A stretch of 64,000 nucleotides of DNA from a virus (lineage: Duplodnaviria; Caudoviricetes): the IMG/VR virus record IMGVR_UViG_3300035152_000033, positions 1-64,000 of that record. One strand, given 5' to 3'. The position numbers and the translations under genes are program-made. Shown here one piece after another: positions 48,265 to 55,703 of the stretch (the first letter of the stretch is position 1; each line of letters begins with the position of its first letter). The notes beneath the pieces are model-generated. The model did no database searches. It saw only the letters and a list, made by a program, of their open reading frames with translations, and had not been told where the DNA came from.

Positions 48265-48325
48265 TATTATAATACAACTTTTATAAAAGTTAAATAGTTT
48301 TTCCCTAAATAATACAACTTTTTTT
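48265..48325 (-). promoter_or_regulatory. KilA-N promoter with direct-repeat operator
   Basis: AAAAGTTGTATTA twice, 40 bp apart; TTTAAC-17-TATAAT. Confidence 0.55.
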
Positions 48326-48360
48326 AAAGCCTTAAATCCCATATTTATTAAACTCCTCCA

Positions 48361-48504
48361 AATAAAATAAGCTTCATTTATTATCCTAGTGTGCAGCTCG
48401 AACAATAAATAAAGCTTTTATTTTATTAAAGACTAAAAACTGGCTGCACTTCATTTTTTAATCTTCAATAATGAAATACTAACACAAACCAATCTACAAG
48501 TCAA
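48361..48504 (-). promoter_or_regulatory. Promoter plus pseudoknot/attenuator leader
   Basis: TTGACT-17-TAGTAT; GTGCAGC (48443-48449) complementary to GCTGCAC in the loop of hairpin 48361-48427. Confidence 0.6.
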
Positions 48505-48508
48505 CCTC

Positions 48509-48652
48509 TTAATCTTTTTCCTTCATCAACTCATTTGCACATTCAGCACAAACATTTAAAACCTGACCCGTTTTTTTATGCGTCATTTCAATTAAAAAAT
48601 AATGTACAGTCTTACCGCATTTCTCACATTTAGCAGTAAACACAGGCCTCAT
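48509..48652 (-). CDS. Zinc-ribbon microprotein (47 aa)
   Basis: CEKC...CAEC; read manually. Confidence 0.55.
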   Translation of the reverse strand: MRPVFTAKCEKCGKTVHYFLIEMTHKKTGQVLNVCAECANELMKEKD

Positions 48653-48666
48653 TATACCACTCCTTT

Positions 48667-48822
48667 CTACCATTTTTCATGCTTACCATCAATCATCCAG
48701 CCATACTTACAACGATTGCAGTAACACTTTTTAACCTTTACGGTACCACCCTTAACATATTGAGTCGTTTCATCTACCTTATCAGACTTGCCACACTGCG
48801 GACATACTTCTTTAACAACCAT
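48667..48822 (-). CDS. Zinc-ribbon microprotein (51 aa)
   Basis: CPQCG...CNRC; GAGGAGG RBS; read manually. Confidence 0.6.
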   Translation of the reverse strand: MVVKEVCPQCGKSDKVDETTQYVKGGTVKVKKCYCNRCKYGWMIDGKHEKW

Positions 48823-48839
48823 ATCAATCCCTCCTCATA

Positions 48840-49175
48840 CTATATATTAGGAGCATTAGTCCTAAGGACATAACATTCAGGAGCAGGCTCCCAGGCAAAA
48901 AACATATTATCGGCATTAATTAACCTATCAATAAATACCTGATAATAGCCTAAATGTAAACAAACATTATAGCCACCAGCTTTGACCGCACTATCCATAG
49001 TATCAGCCAATAGGTCATATTTTTCTAATAAATCTTTTTTAGGTCCAGTTAACTTAAAGTCAAAAGGAGCAAAAGATACCCAAACTACCTTTGATTCCTC
49101 AGCAACATTACACATTACTTTTGCTGGCTTAATAGAAATCAAAGATTTACTTCTATCTAATAATGTAAATCTCAT
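48840..49175 (-). CDS. Hypothetical protein
   Basis: AAGGAGG RBS following the kissing hairpins. Confidence 0.6.
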   Translation of the reverse strand: MRFTLLDRSKSLISIKPAKVMCNVAEESKVVWVSFAPFDFKLTGPKKDLLEKYDLLADTMDSAVKAGGYNVCLHLGYYQVFIDRLINADNMFFAWEPAPECYVLRTNAPNI

Positions 49176-49194
49176 CTCATTCCTCCTTAGAATA

Positions 49195-49316
49195 AATAAA
49201 GCCTCTTATTTTATGTTCAAAGTCAGAGTAACATAAAACAAAAGACTATTTTTTCATCATGTATTATTATATTTAAGGTTTTAAACTTGACTCTGACAAC
49301 AACTTTAAAACCTTAA
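49195..49316 (-). promoter_or_regulatory. Two hairpins with complementary loops (kissing loop)
   Basis: Loops GTCAGAGT (49290-49297) and ACTCTGAC (49222-49229). Confidence 0.6.
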
Positions 49317-49324
49317 CTACTTTA

Positions 49325-49455
49325 AATAAAATAAGCCTTCTCCTTGCCTATAGTTGTGATAGGACACGCATTTGTCGAAGCAGAAAACTTACAGGCCGCA
49401 GGTGATTTCACACAAGCTAGATTACTAAAATCTCTTCGATAACTTCATCCTGAAA
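49325..49455 (-). ncRNA. GC-richer structured RNA / attenuator leader
   Basis: TTGACA-18-TATATT promoter; alternative pairings TCGAAG/CTTCGA versus terminator-like TAAGTTTTCT/AGAAGGCTTA + TTTT. Confidence 0.5.
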
Positions 49456-49494
49456 ACAATATATCACAAAATGGCACGCCATGTCAAGCATAAA

Positions 49495-49617
49495 TTAAAA
49501 ACATCCTAGAATTTTCTAGGATGTTAAAACCTGCAACACATTATAAATTATAAGAAAAAGTAAAACTAATATTTATCACTTATTATCCAGCACATAATAA
49601 ATGAACCCATTCGACTT
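49495..49617 (-). ncRNA. Candidate small RNA (~120 nt)
   Basis: TTGCAT-17-TATACT; no ORF; terminator AACATCCTAGAA/TTCTAGGATGTT + TTT. Confidence 0.5.
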
Positions 49618-49634
49618 AAAAAAAGTATAACACA

Positions 49635-49982
49635 TTAAATCATACCATGCAACTGACAACGAATTTTAATATCACAAGGATTAGCCCCAATATTTTTAGC
49701 TACTAATCTAAAAGAATAACCTTGCGGGCCTCCGTTACGATAAGTGGTATATTGACCAAAGGCCGCACTCATAGGAACATTAAAAGGCATATTAGGCACA
49801 TCCTCAACAAGTTCCGAATCTCTTCTTTGAAAATCCACTTCTATATCCTCAGTATTAGTGATCATCATTAGAACATCTCTAACGAATTGAATATCATTAA
49901 ACCAACCAGATTTAACAACACCGCCAACATTAAGCCCAGCTACATCAATAACCAGACCCTTATCAATATAATTTGTATCCAT
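49635..49982 (-). CDS. Stand-alone hypothetical beta-rich protein (115 aa)
   Basis: Start moved to MDTNY after GGAGG; flanked by ncRNA units. Confidence 0.6.
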   Translation of the reverse strand: MDTNYIDKGLVIDVAGLNVGGVVKSGWFNDIQFVRDVLMMITNTEDIEVDFQRRDSELVEDVPNMPFNVPMSAAFGQYTTYRNGGPQGYSFRLVAKNIGANPCDIKIRCQLHGMI

Positions 49983-50039
49983 AAAATACCTCCAAAATAT
50001 TAGTATATTTTCATAATAGCATAATATTTTTACTAACAC

Positions 50040-50138
50040 AAAAAATAGAAGCTAAAAGCTTCTATTGTATTTATGGTGTAATCCTCTATATAAATCCGTA
50101 AACTTATTTATAGGAAGGAATGACTAAAAGTATTTATA
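50040..50138 (-). ncRNA. Candidate small RNA (~100 nt)
   Basis: TTGACT-17-TATAAT (50144-50172); no ORF; terminator AATAGAAGC/GCTTCTATT + TTTT. Confidence 0.5.
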
Positions 50139-50168
50139 AACACATTATACTTTAGTCATTCCCCAAAG

Positions 50169-50582
50169 TCAAACTTTCTTCTCAATAATGATTTTAACTT
50201 TATAGGACTCATCCGATACCAGATCACAACTAAATAAATCTTTTAATTTATTTAAAGCCTGGCCATCCACCCCAGGATATTCCCTATAATTCTCTATCTC
50301 ATAAAGCACATCATTTAAAACATCCAACTCCGCATAAGATAGAATAGTTTCCTCAGGCTCCAAAGAACCATCAAGCCAAAAATATCCCTTTACTTCAATA
50401 TAAGTTTGGTCTTTTAAATTTACTAACTTCATTAATATGGCTTTTAAATGAGTCATATTCATAACATCAGGCCCCACTTTAGAGCTTACTATAGTATTAC
50501 ATTGCATATAAGTAGCCATAAGCCCAGACTTAGACCTGATATAATATTCCACACTATAATTATACATCTTTTCCATTCTCAT
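50169..50582 (-). CDS. Hypothetical protein, paralog of 50579..50833
   Basis: Shared TI..SKVGPD...L.A.L..L.NLK..TYI. Confidence 0.6.
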   Translation of the reverse strand: MRMEKMYNYSVEYYIRSKSGLMATYMQCNTIVSSKVGPDVMNMTHLKAILMKLVNLKDQTYIEVKGYFWLDGSLEPEETILSYAELDVLNDVLYEIENYREYPGVDGQALNKLKDLFSCDLVSDESYKVKIIIEKKV

Positions 50583-50833
50583 TCCTCCACTAAAAATACT
50601 TTTTGAACCACAATATAAGTACCCTCTTTTAAATTTAATAAGCTTTCTAAAACAGCCTCAAGATAACTAAAAGACACCTCATCAGGCCCAACTTTAGATT
50701 GGATTGTATCTGCAGATAAAACTTTAGTATTTATAAAATCTGACTCTATAGTATATTTAACCACATAATCATAAAATTTATCCACTTTCATTCCTCCCAT
50801 AAACCTATTTTTTATCTGTCTTAACCACTCCAA
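50579..50833 (-). CDS. Hypothetical protein, paralog of 50169..50582
   Basis: As above; true start probably near 50791. Confidence 0.6.
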   Translation of the reverse strand: MEWLRQIKNRFMGGMKVDKFYDYVVKYTIESDFINTKVLSADTIQSKVGPDEVSFSYLEAVLESLLNLKEGTYIVVQKVFLVEE

Positions 50834-51035
50834 TTATATAATCTCTCAGCATATACACAGAGCCTTTAATCATTGTATTATTGCCAAAAGACACTAGCCA
50901 TACAGCAAAAGCAATTAACCAACCTACTTTAAAACCTAAAATAATTAAACCCACAAGCCAAAAAATAAAACCTATATAATTATACTTATTATATTTCATT
51001 TCTGATCCTTCCTTTTCTTGGAGCAATCTCCGCAA
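50805..51035 (-). CDS. Small two-TM membrane protein
   Basis: Hydrophobic segments. Confidence 0.55.
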   Translation of the reverse strand: MRRLLQEKEGSEMKYNKYNYIGFIFWLVGLIILGFKVGWLIAFAVWLVSFGNNTMIKGSVYMLRDYIIGVVKTDKK

Positions 51036-51349
51036 ACAATAAAACTAAACTCTATATCCTTATTACAATCTTGGCACTTATGACCTACTATTTCCACTCT
51101 AGGCTCCTCAGGCTTACCAGTGAAAATCCTTTGCCCTATAAAAGGCTTATAATGCACTTGCCTGGTATCCAATTGCCATGCCGTATGAAGCATATTAGGC
51201 ATGGTACCTTCCTCATGACAAAACCTACACGATATACAAAAAGGAACTACACCGTCTCTAGAGTTCCAAAGAATTTCCATAGCTCCGCAAGCCTTACACC
51301 TATATAACATAAGGCAATAAGCCTCATTATATATAAATTTTTGTGTCAT
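50996..51349 (-). CDS. Zinc-finger protein
   Basis: YRCKACG..EILWNSRDGV.PF.ISCRFC; C-terminal CQDC..CGDC. Confidence 0.65.
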   Translation of the reverse strand: MTQKFIYNEAYCLMLYRCKACGAMEILWNSRDGVVPFCISCRFCHEEGTMPNMLHTAWQLDTRQVHYKPFIGQRIFTGKPEEPRVEIVGHKCQDCNKDIEFSFIVCGDCSKKRKDQK

Positions 51350-51726
51350 CCTTCTACCTCCACGATTAACTGATAATCATCTAAAGACTTATCAGGCTTT
51401 ATATTTAATACTCTTTCAAGAGTTCTAAGAACCCATCTTAATTCTCCGTAGATAGCTAAATTAGCCTCTAATTTGGCCTCATCAAATTGAATTAAATCAT
51501 ATCTATTTTTAGAAGCTTTAAAAGCAATCTGGTCTTTTGCCACATGATAAGCACTTAAGAAATCATCCCTACACTTATAATACAAAGTAACCAGGTCCTC
51601 TGTCTCCTTAGAGGATAGCACATAATTTCTATTCTTGCATTCTTCTCTTTTTTCCTGAAAATTAATAGCCATTAATAACCTCCTATAACACCTTTTTACT
51701 ACACTCATCACATAAAAATAAATCAA
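51346..51726 (-). CDS. Hypothetical helical protein
   Basis: ORF; likely start MAINF. Confidence 0.55.
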   Translation of the reverse strand: MIYFYVMSVVKRCYRRLLMAINFQEKREECKNRNYVLSSKETEDLVTLYYKCRDDFLSAYHVAKDQIAFKASKNRYDLIQFDEAKLEANLAIYGELRWVLRTLERVLNIKPDKSLDDYQLIVEVEG

Positions 51727-51880
51727 ATTTCCTTCTATAACTTATAATAGAGTTACCACACCCATTACTACACATAACCTTGCATTTTTGTTTACACTTA
51801 GTTATACAATAAGTACTTTCATTGTTTTCATATAATGGCAATATGCCTTTTATTTTTAATTTATGCTTGCAATCAATCAT
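51683..51880 (-). CDS. Cys-rich small protein
   Basis: CKH...CSNGC...CDEC. Confidence 0.55.
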   Translation of the reverse strand: MIDCKHKLKIKGILPLYENNESTYCITKCKQKCKVMCSNGCGNSIISYRRKFDLFLCDECSKKVL

Positions 51881-51891
51881 TAATAACCTCC

Positions 51892-52092
51892 TTAACCCAT
51901 AATCATCTTTTTACCCGTAGGACCACATTTAGGGCAATAATTAAACCAGCATCTAAAATCATCAGAGTATATATTCCACCAATGATAATCTTTACTGGCT
52001 TTAACTGCCTCTTTATGGGTCTTACGCTTTATAAGCAGCCCACAAAGATCACACCTTAACTCATAAAAATTATTAGTACTCTTTAAACTCAT
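51892..52092 (-). CDS. Zinc-finger protein, paralog of 63368..63562
   Basis: Y.L.CD.CG...EAV...W...YCP.C. Confidence 0.6.
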   Translation of the reverse strand: MSLKSTNNFYELRCDLCGLLIKRKTHKEAVKASKDYHWWNIYSDDFRCWFNYCPKCGPTGKKMIMG

Positions 52093-52579
52093 AACTTGAT
52101 TCCTTTAAGCACACCCCTATAGGACTATTAGCCTCAGTAGCTAAATGACCATCCTTAAACTTAACTTTTAATTCACCGCTACCATCAAATTTAGTTATCC
52201 AGGCTATACCATTAGCCCCTTGACTCATAGAATTTAAACGAGTAATTTTGCCCTCAATAGTCTTTTCTCCATTACTGATTAAAACAATCTGCCCCATAAG
52301 AGGATGCTCAGCCAATAAATCATCCACAGGACTATCCAGAAAACTTATAGTATCAGCAGGCACTAGGACCACCTGACCGATCATTAATTCTACTATAGCC
52401 ATAGGGTAAACTCCTTCCATATCAGAAGAACCAGCAGGACAAAAGCCATGAAACCATCCGACCACATCATAGGTATATTGATTATTAATATACACCTTTT
52501 CCACTAAAACCTTTCTAGGTTTCTTACCATCTTTAGTCATCCTTAAACCTCCCAGGTAATTTAATATCATGTATACCAT
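52073..52579 (-). CDS. Hypothetical protein
   Basis: GWFHGF...PMAIVEL..GQV, a recurrent phage motif. Confidence 0.6.
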   Translation of the reverse strand: MVYMILNYLGGLRMTKDGKKPRKVLVEKVYINNQYTYDVVGWFHGFCPAGSSDMEGVYPMAIVELMIGQVVLVPADTISFLDSPVDDLLAEHPLMGQIVLISNGEKTIEGKITRLNSMSQGANGIAWITKFDGSGELKVKFKDGHLATEANSPIGVCLKESSYEFKEY

Positions 52580-52718
52580 TAATTAATCTTAAGGCATACT
52601 CTAAGATTTCATCATCAGAAGCATTTACACCATTAAATATCTTTTTAACTTTTTTCAGCTCATACAATGTTTTAACAGACACAGACAATAACACCTTTTT
52701 ATCATTCTTATCATTCAT
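52533..52718 (-). CDS. Small putative ribbon-helix-helix DNA-binding protein
   Basis: VLLSVSVKTLYELKKVK...SDDEILEYAL. Confidence 0.5.
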   Translation of the reverse strand: MNDKNDKKVLLSVSVKTLYELKKVKKIFNGVNASDDEILEYALRLINGIHDIKLPGRFKDD

Positions 52719-52784
52719 AATAATTATTCCTCCTATACTACACACCCTACACTATAAATAAAATCACTTGTGCTCCTAACAGGT

Positions 52785-52816
52785 ATTATACCGCCGAAGG
52801 AGCAAAGTTTAATGTT
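52785..52816 (-). promoter_or_regulatory. Class II promoter embedded in a hairpin
   Basis: TAACA-N22-TATAAT; TGCTCCT/AGGAGCA stem encloses the -10 box. Confidence 0.5.
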
Positions 52817-52843
52817 ATTTTAAAAAATTTTTAAACTTTTTTT

Positions 52844-53155
52844 CTAACCTATACTAAGGAAATTATTATAAGCTATCAAATCAGCTCTAATCGCTTTTAA
52901 AGCCTTTAAGTTAGCTTTAAATTTATCCACCATATCAGATAAAGTGCCTTCATCCAATAAGGCTAATTCATGCAGATTAATCCATGAATGATACATAAAT
53001 AGATCAGCATATTTATATTTAGTTTTTAAAGAATCATAAAAACGATTCTTATTTAATCTATTGCCTCTGAGTCTACTAATAGCATTCTCAGTATTGAGAC
53101 AATTTTTAGCTAACAATGATAATTCCATACTAAGCTCTAAATGTAATTTATTCAT
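52844..53155 (-). CDS. Hypothetical protein
   Basis: Single gene behind class I promoter. Confidence 0.6.
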   Translation of the reverse strand: MNKLHLELSMELSLLAKNCLNTENAISRLRGNRLNKNRFYDSLKTKYKYADLFMYHSWINLHELALLDEGTLSDMVDKFKANLKALKAIRADLIAYNNFLSIG

Positions 53156-53178
53156 TTAATCATCCTCCAAAAATTAAT

Positions 53179-53224
53179 TTTATCTTATGTATCTATATTA
53201 ACATTATCCTTTACATATGTCAAG
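53179..53224 (-). repeat. 46-bp class I promoter repeat
   Basis: Same layout and spacing. Confidence 0.9.
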
Positions 53225-53233
53225 GATAAATAT

Positions 53234-53265
53234 AAAAAAATAGATAGGGCATAAACCCTATCTAC
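53234..53265 (-). terminator. Terminator ending the recombination operon
   Basis: TAGATAGGG/CCCTATCTA stem followed by TTTTTTT. Confidence 0.75.
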
Positions 53266-53490
53266 TTATACTCTATGATTCCAAATCTTAACCGCAGTAT
53301 CCAAATCCAAGTAAGAAAAAGTATTAACAGCCATTACCTTTTCAATTTTACAATACTCACAACTCACAGAATAATGATATATTTTTTCAATTCTATTAAC
53401 TAACCACCTATCTACGCCCTTAGGTATGGTACCACAAAAAGGGCAACTCTTAATAGGTATCTTAGACTCTATTAACTCATAATCCATCAT
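53266..53490 (-). CDS. Lar-family restriction alleviation-like protein
   Basis: IKSCPFCG...VSCEYC...AVKIWNHR. Confidence 0.75.
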   Translation of the reverse strand: MMDYELIESKIPIKSCPFCGTIPKGVDRWLVNRIEKIYHYSVSCEYCKIEKVMAVNTFSYLDLDTAVKIWNHRV

Positions 53491-54152
53491 TTCACCTTTT
53501 CAATTACAGTCTTATATTTAGGTTTACTGAACCTATAAACCCGATCAGCATAATCAATAAACTCTTTTTGATGAGTTACAAGAATTATCTGCAGGTCCTT
53601 TCCTAACTCAGTAACCAATTTATTAATCACCTTAGCAATTAAAGGCACGTACTCAGCCGATAAATTAGCAAAGCTTTCATCTAAAAATAAAACAGGTCTA
53701 TATTTTTTAGACTGAAATACCAGGACTAATAATTTCAATAAGAACCCTACTATATTACTTACACCACCACCATTAGAAGACATAACATCTGTGGTAACTT
53801 CTTTATCTTCATACATAAAAGTCAATACAGGTTTAATAGTAAATTGATTTCTTTCTATACTGTTAATAAATTTAAAACTTTTGAACTGTCCTTCAAAAAT
53901 AATTGATAAAGCATAAGATATCAACATTTCAAATTTATCTTGTATATTTCTATGTTCTCTTTCACTGAATTTCTGGAATAATCTAGCCACCTCTTCCAAT
54001 ATACTAGAATCAAATTTAAGCTCTTCCACAACTTTATCCAGATCAGCAATCCTACTATTTAAATCTTTTAATAATACCTCTTCTCTATTGACCGAAAATT
54101 CAAAATCATCAATAGCATTTGATAAAATACCTAATTTATTCATCATTCCCAT
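53487..54152 (-). CDS. sbcC: SbcC/Rad50 C-terminal half (ABC signature, Walker B, H-loop)
   Basis: SNGGG, LFLDESFANLS, IILVTH; no Walker A. Confidence 0.85.
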   Translation of the reverse strand: MGMMNKLGILSNAIDDFEFSVNREEVLLKDLNSRIADLDKVVEELKFDSSILEEVARLFQKFSEREHRNIQDKFEMLISYALSIIFEGQFKSFKFINSIERNQFTIKPVLTFMYEDKEVTTDVMSSNGGGVSNIVGFLLKLLVLVFQSKKYRPVLFLDESFANLSAEYVPLIAKVINKLVTELGKDLQIILVTHQKEFIDYADRVYRFSKPKYKTVIEKVK

Positions 54153-54161
54153 TATAACCTC

Positions 54162-55262
54162 CTAATCAAAATCAATTTGTAATTGATTTATAATAGCTAA
54201 ATTATTATCATGCTCAAATAATAAAGCAGCTTTTCTAGTTTTCTTATCATCCCCTAATAAAATCTCTAAACTAGGATTATCTATACAAGAAATAGCCCCT
54301 AATATATGCTCATGATTAACTCCTATAGTTCGATCAGGATGAGACCACGACACATCTATTACCTCAGTAGCCATATTACCGTATCTATCCTTAGCCCTCA
54401 GAATTAAACTATTCTTTTTTAAAGCCACTAAAATTCCTTTTGTATTTTCATCCGCAGTAATCCGCACTCTCCTAATACCCGCTCGCAAAGCTGCCTTATC
54501 TACAGTTAATTTATATTTATTCTTCCTTGCGGGTTCAACTAATAAGGCTTCGACATCAGGATAATCCACATTATTCTTAGTTATTAAAAAGCAATCAATA
54601 CCTGAAAATACTAATATATGGTCCTCAGTCTCCCCAATACCGATATTTTCTGTCTCAGTATTTTTAAGCATTTTTATTAAATCTTCTACAGCTCCAACAG
54701 GAAACTGCAAAGATATATCCTTCAAAGCTTCTAATTTAACCTGTCTAAATATAGCTCCATCAGAAGCCATCACCGACCCTTTAACTACATTAATCATCTG
54801 CAAAGCAGGTCTAACAGATTCCTTAGCAGCAGCCCCTTTTACTTTTAATAAAGCAGTTATTAAGGCTAATCTAGGCACATCTATTTTAGTACAAGATTCA
54901 ATCTTAGGAATCTCAGGATAATCATCAGGATTCATTAAATGTATAGACCACTCAGCTCCAGCACACTTAATTAAGGCTTTATCATCAGCCACAGAGATTA
55001 AAACTACATCATCCTCACAACCATTAATAATCTCTTTTAATGTTTTACCAGGAAATATAGCCTTGCCTGAGGACTCTATTTCAATTAAATCACTGGAAGC
55101 CCTAATAGAAAGTTCTAAATCAGTAGCTATTATTTCAATGTCTTTATCTACTTTTATATGAAAGTTTTTAAGTATTGGCATAAAATCGCCTTTTGACAAT
55201 AATACTGCAGAGGCCTTATTTAATAAAGCCTCTAATACAAATTTTTTAATCCTAAATTTCAT
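54162..55262 (-). CDS. dnaN: DNA polymerase III beta sliding clamp
   Basis: PILKNF...ATDLELSI...DDYPEIP...RPALQMI...ASDG...YPDV; 366 aa. Confidence 0.9.
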   Translation of the reverse strand: MKFRIKKFVLEALLNKASAVLLSKGDFMPILKNFHIKVDKDIEIIATDLELSIRASSDLIEIESSGKAIFPGKTLKEIINGCEDDVVLISVADDKALIKCAGAEWSIHLMNPDDYPEIPKIESCTKIDVPRLALITALLKVKGAAAKESVRPALQMINVVKGSVMASDGAIFRQVKLEALKDISLQFPVGAVEDLIKMLKNTETENIGIGETEDHILVFSGIDCFLITKNNVDYPDVEALLVEPARKNKYKLTVDKAALRAGIRRVRITADENTKGILVALKKNSLILRAKDRYGNMATEVIDVSWSHPDRTIGVNHEHILGAISCIDNPSLEILLGDDKKTRKAALLFEHDNNLAIINQLQIDFD

Positions 55263-55510
55263 AGTAATCCTCCTGCTTTTAATTTAGCCTCTATATCATT
55301 TAATTCTTTTTCTATCTCTGCCTCTAAAATTTCTTTTTTATTAACCAGATCATCATAATCCTTAATTCCAAATTTCTCTTTAGCACCAGCTAACAACTCA
55401 TTATAAGAATTACTATTAATTTCTAATTCTCTCTCAGCTACAGCCAATTTTCTCTTGCCATCTTCTACAGCAGTTTTACATTCATTATATCTTTTAGTTA
55501 AATCTTTCAT
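55259..55510 (-). CDS. Small coiled-coil protein (possible third SbcC piece)
   Basis: Heptad pattern; start moved to MKDLT. Confidence 0.55.
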   Translation of the reverse strand: MKDLTKRYNECKTAVEDGKRKLAVAERELEINSNSYNELLAGAKEKFGIKDYDDLVNKKEILEAEIEKELNDIEAKLKAGGLL

Positions 55511-55535
55511 ATCTAAACAACTCCTCATTAATTTT

Positions 55536-55703
55536 TTAAACTACTTTAGTCTTGCACTTAGGACAATACCATTCCTCATTTATTTTCTCATAACATTTAT
55601 TATGTATATCGGCTCCACATCCTTGACATATAGAATAAATATAACCCCCAACAGACTCATTACATATATCACAAATGACATCACCATTTAAATCTTTGCT
55701 CAT
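55536..55703 (-). CDS. PHD-finger-like microprotein (55 aa)
   Basis: ICDIC...ICQGCGADIHNKC...WYCPKC; ATGA-coupled to upstream nuclease; read manually. Confidence 0.7.
   Translation of the reverse strand: MSKDLNGDVICDICNESVGGYIYSICQGCGADIHNKCYEKINEEWYCPKCKTKVV

Noticed and set aside
33781-53224. 46-bp repeats as a CRISPR array or IS ends
   Set aside because: Dispersed at 0.7-7.6 kb spacing, contain -35/-10 boxes, and have no spacers, cas genes or transposase
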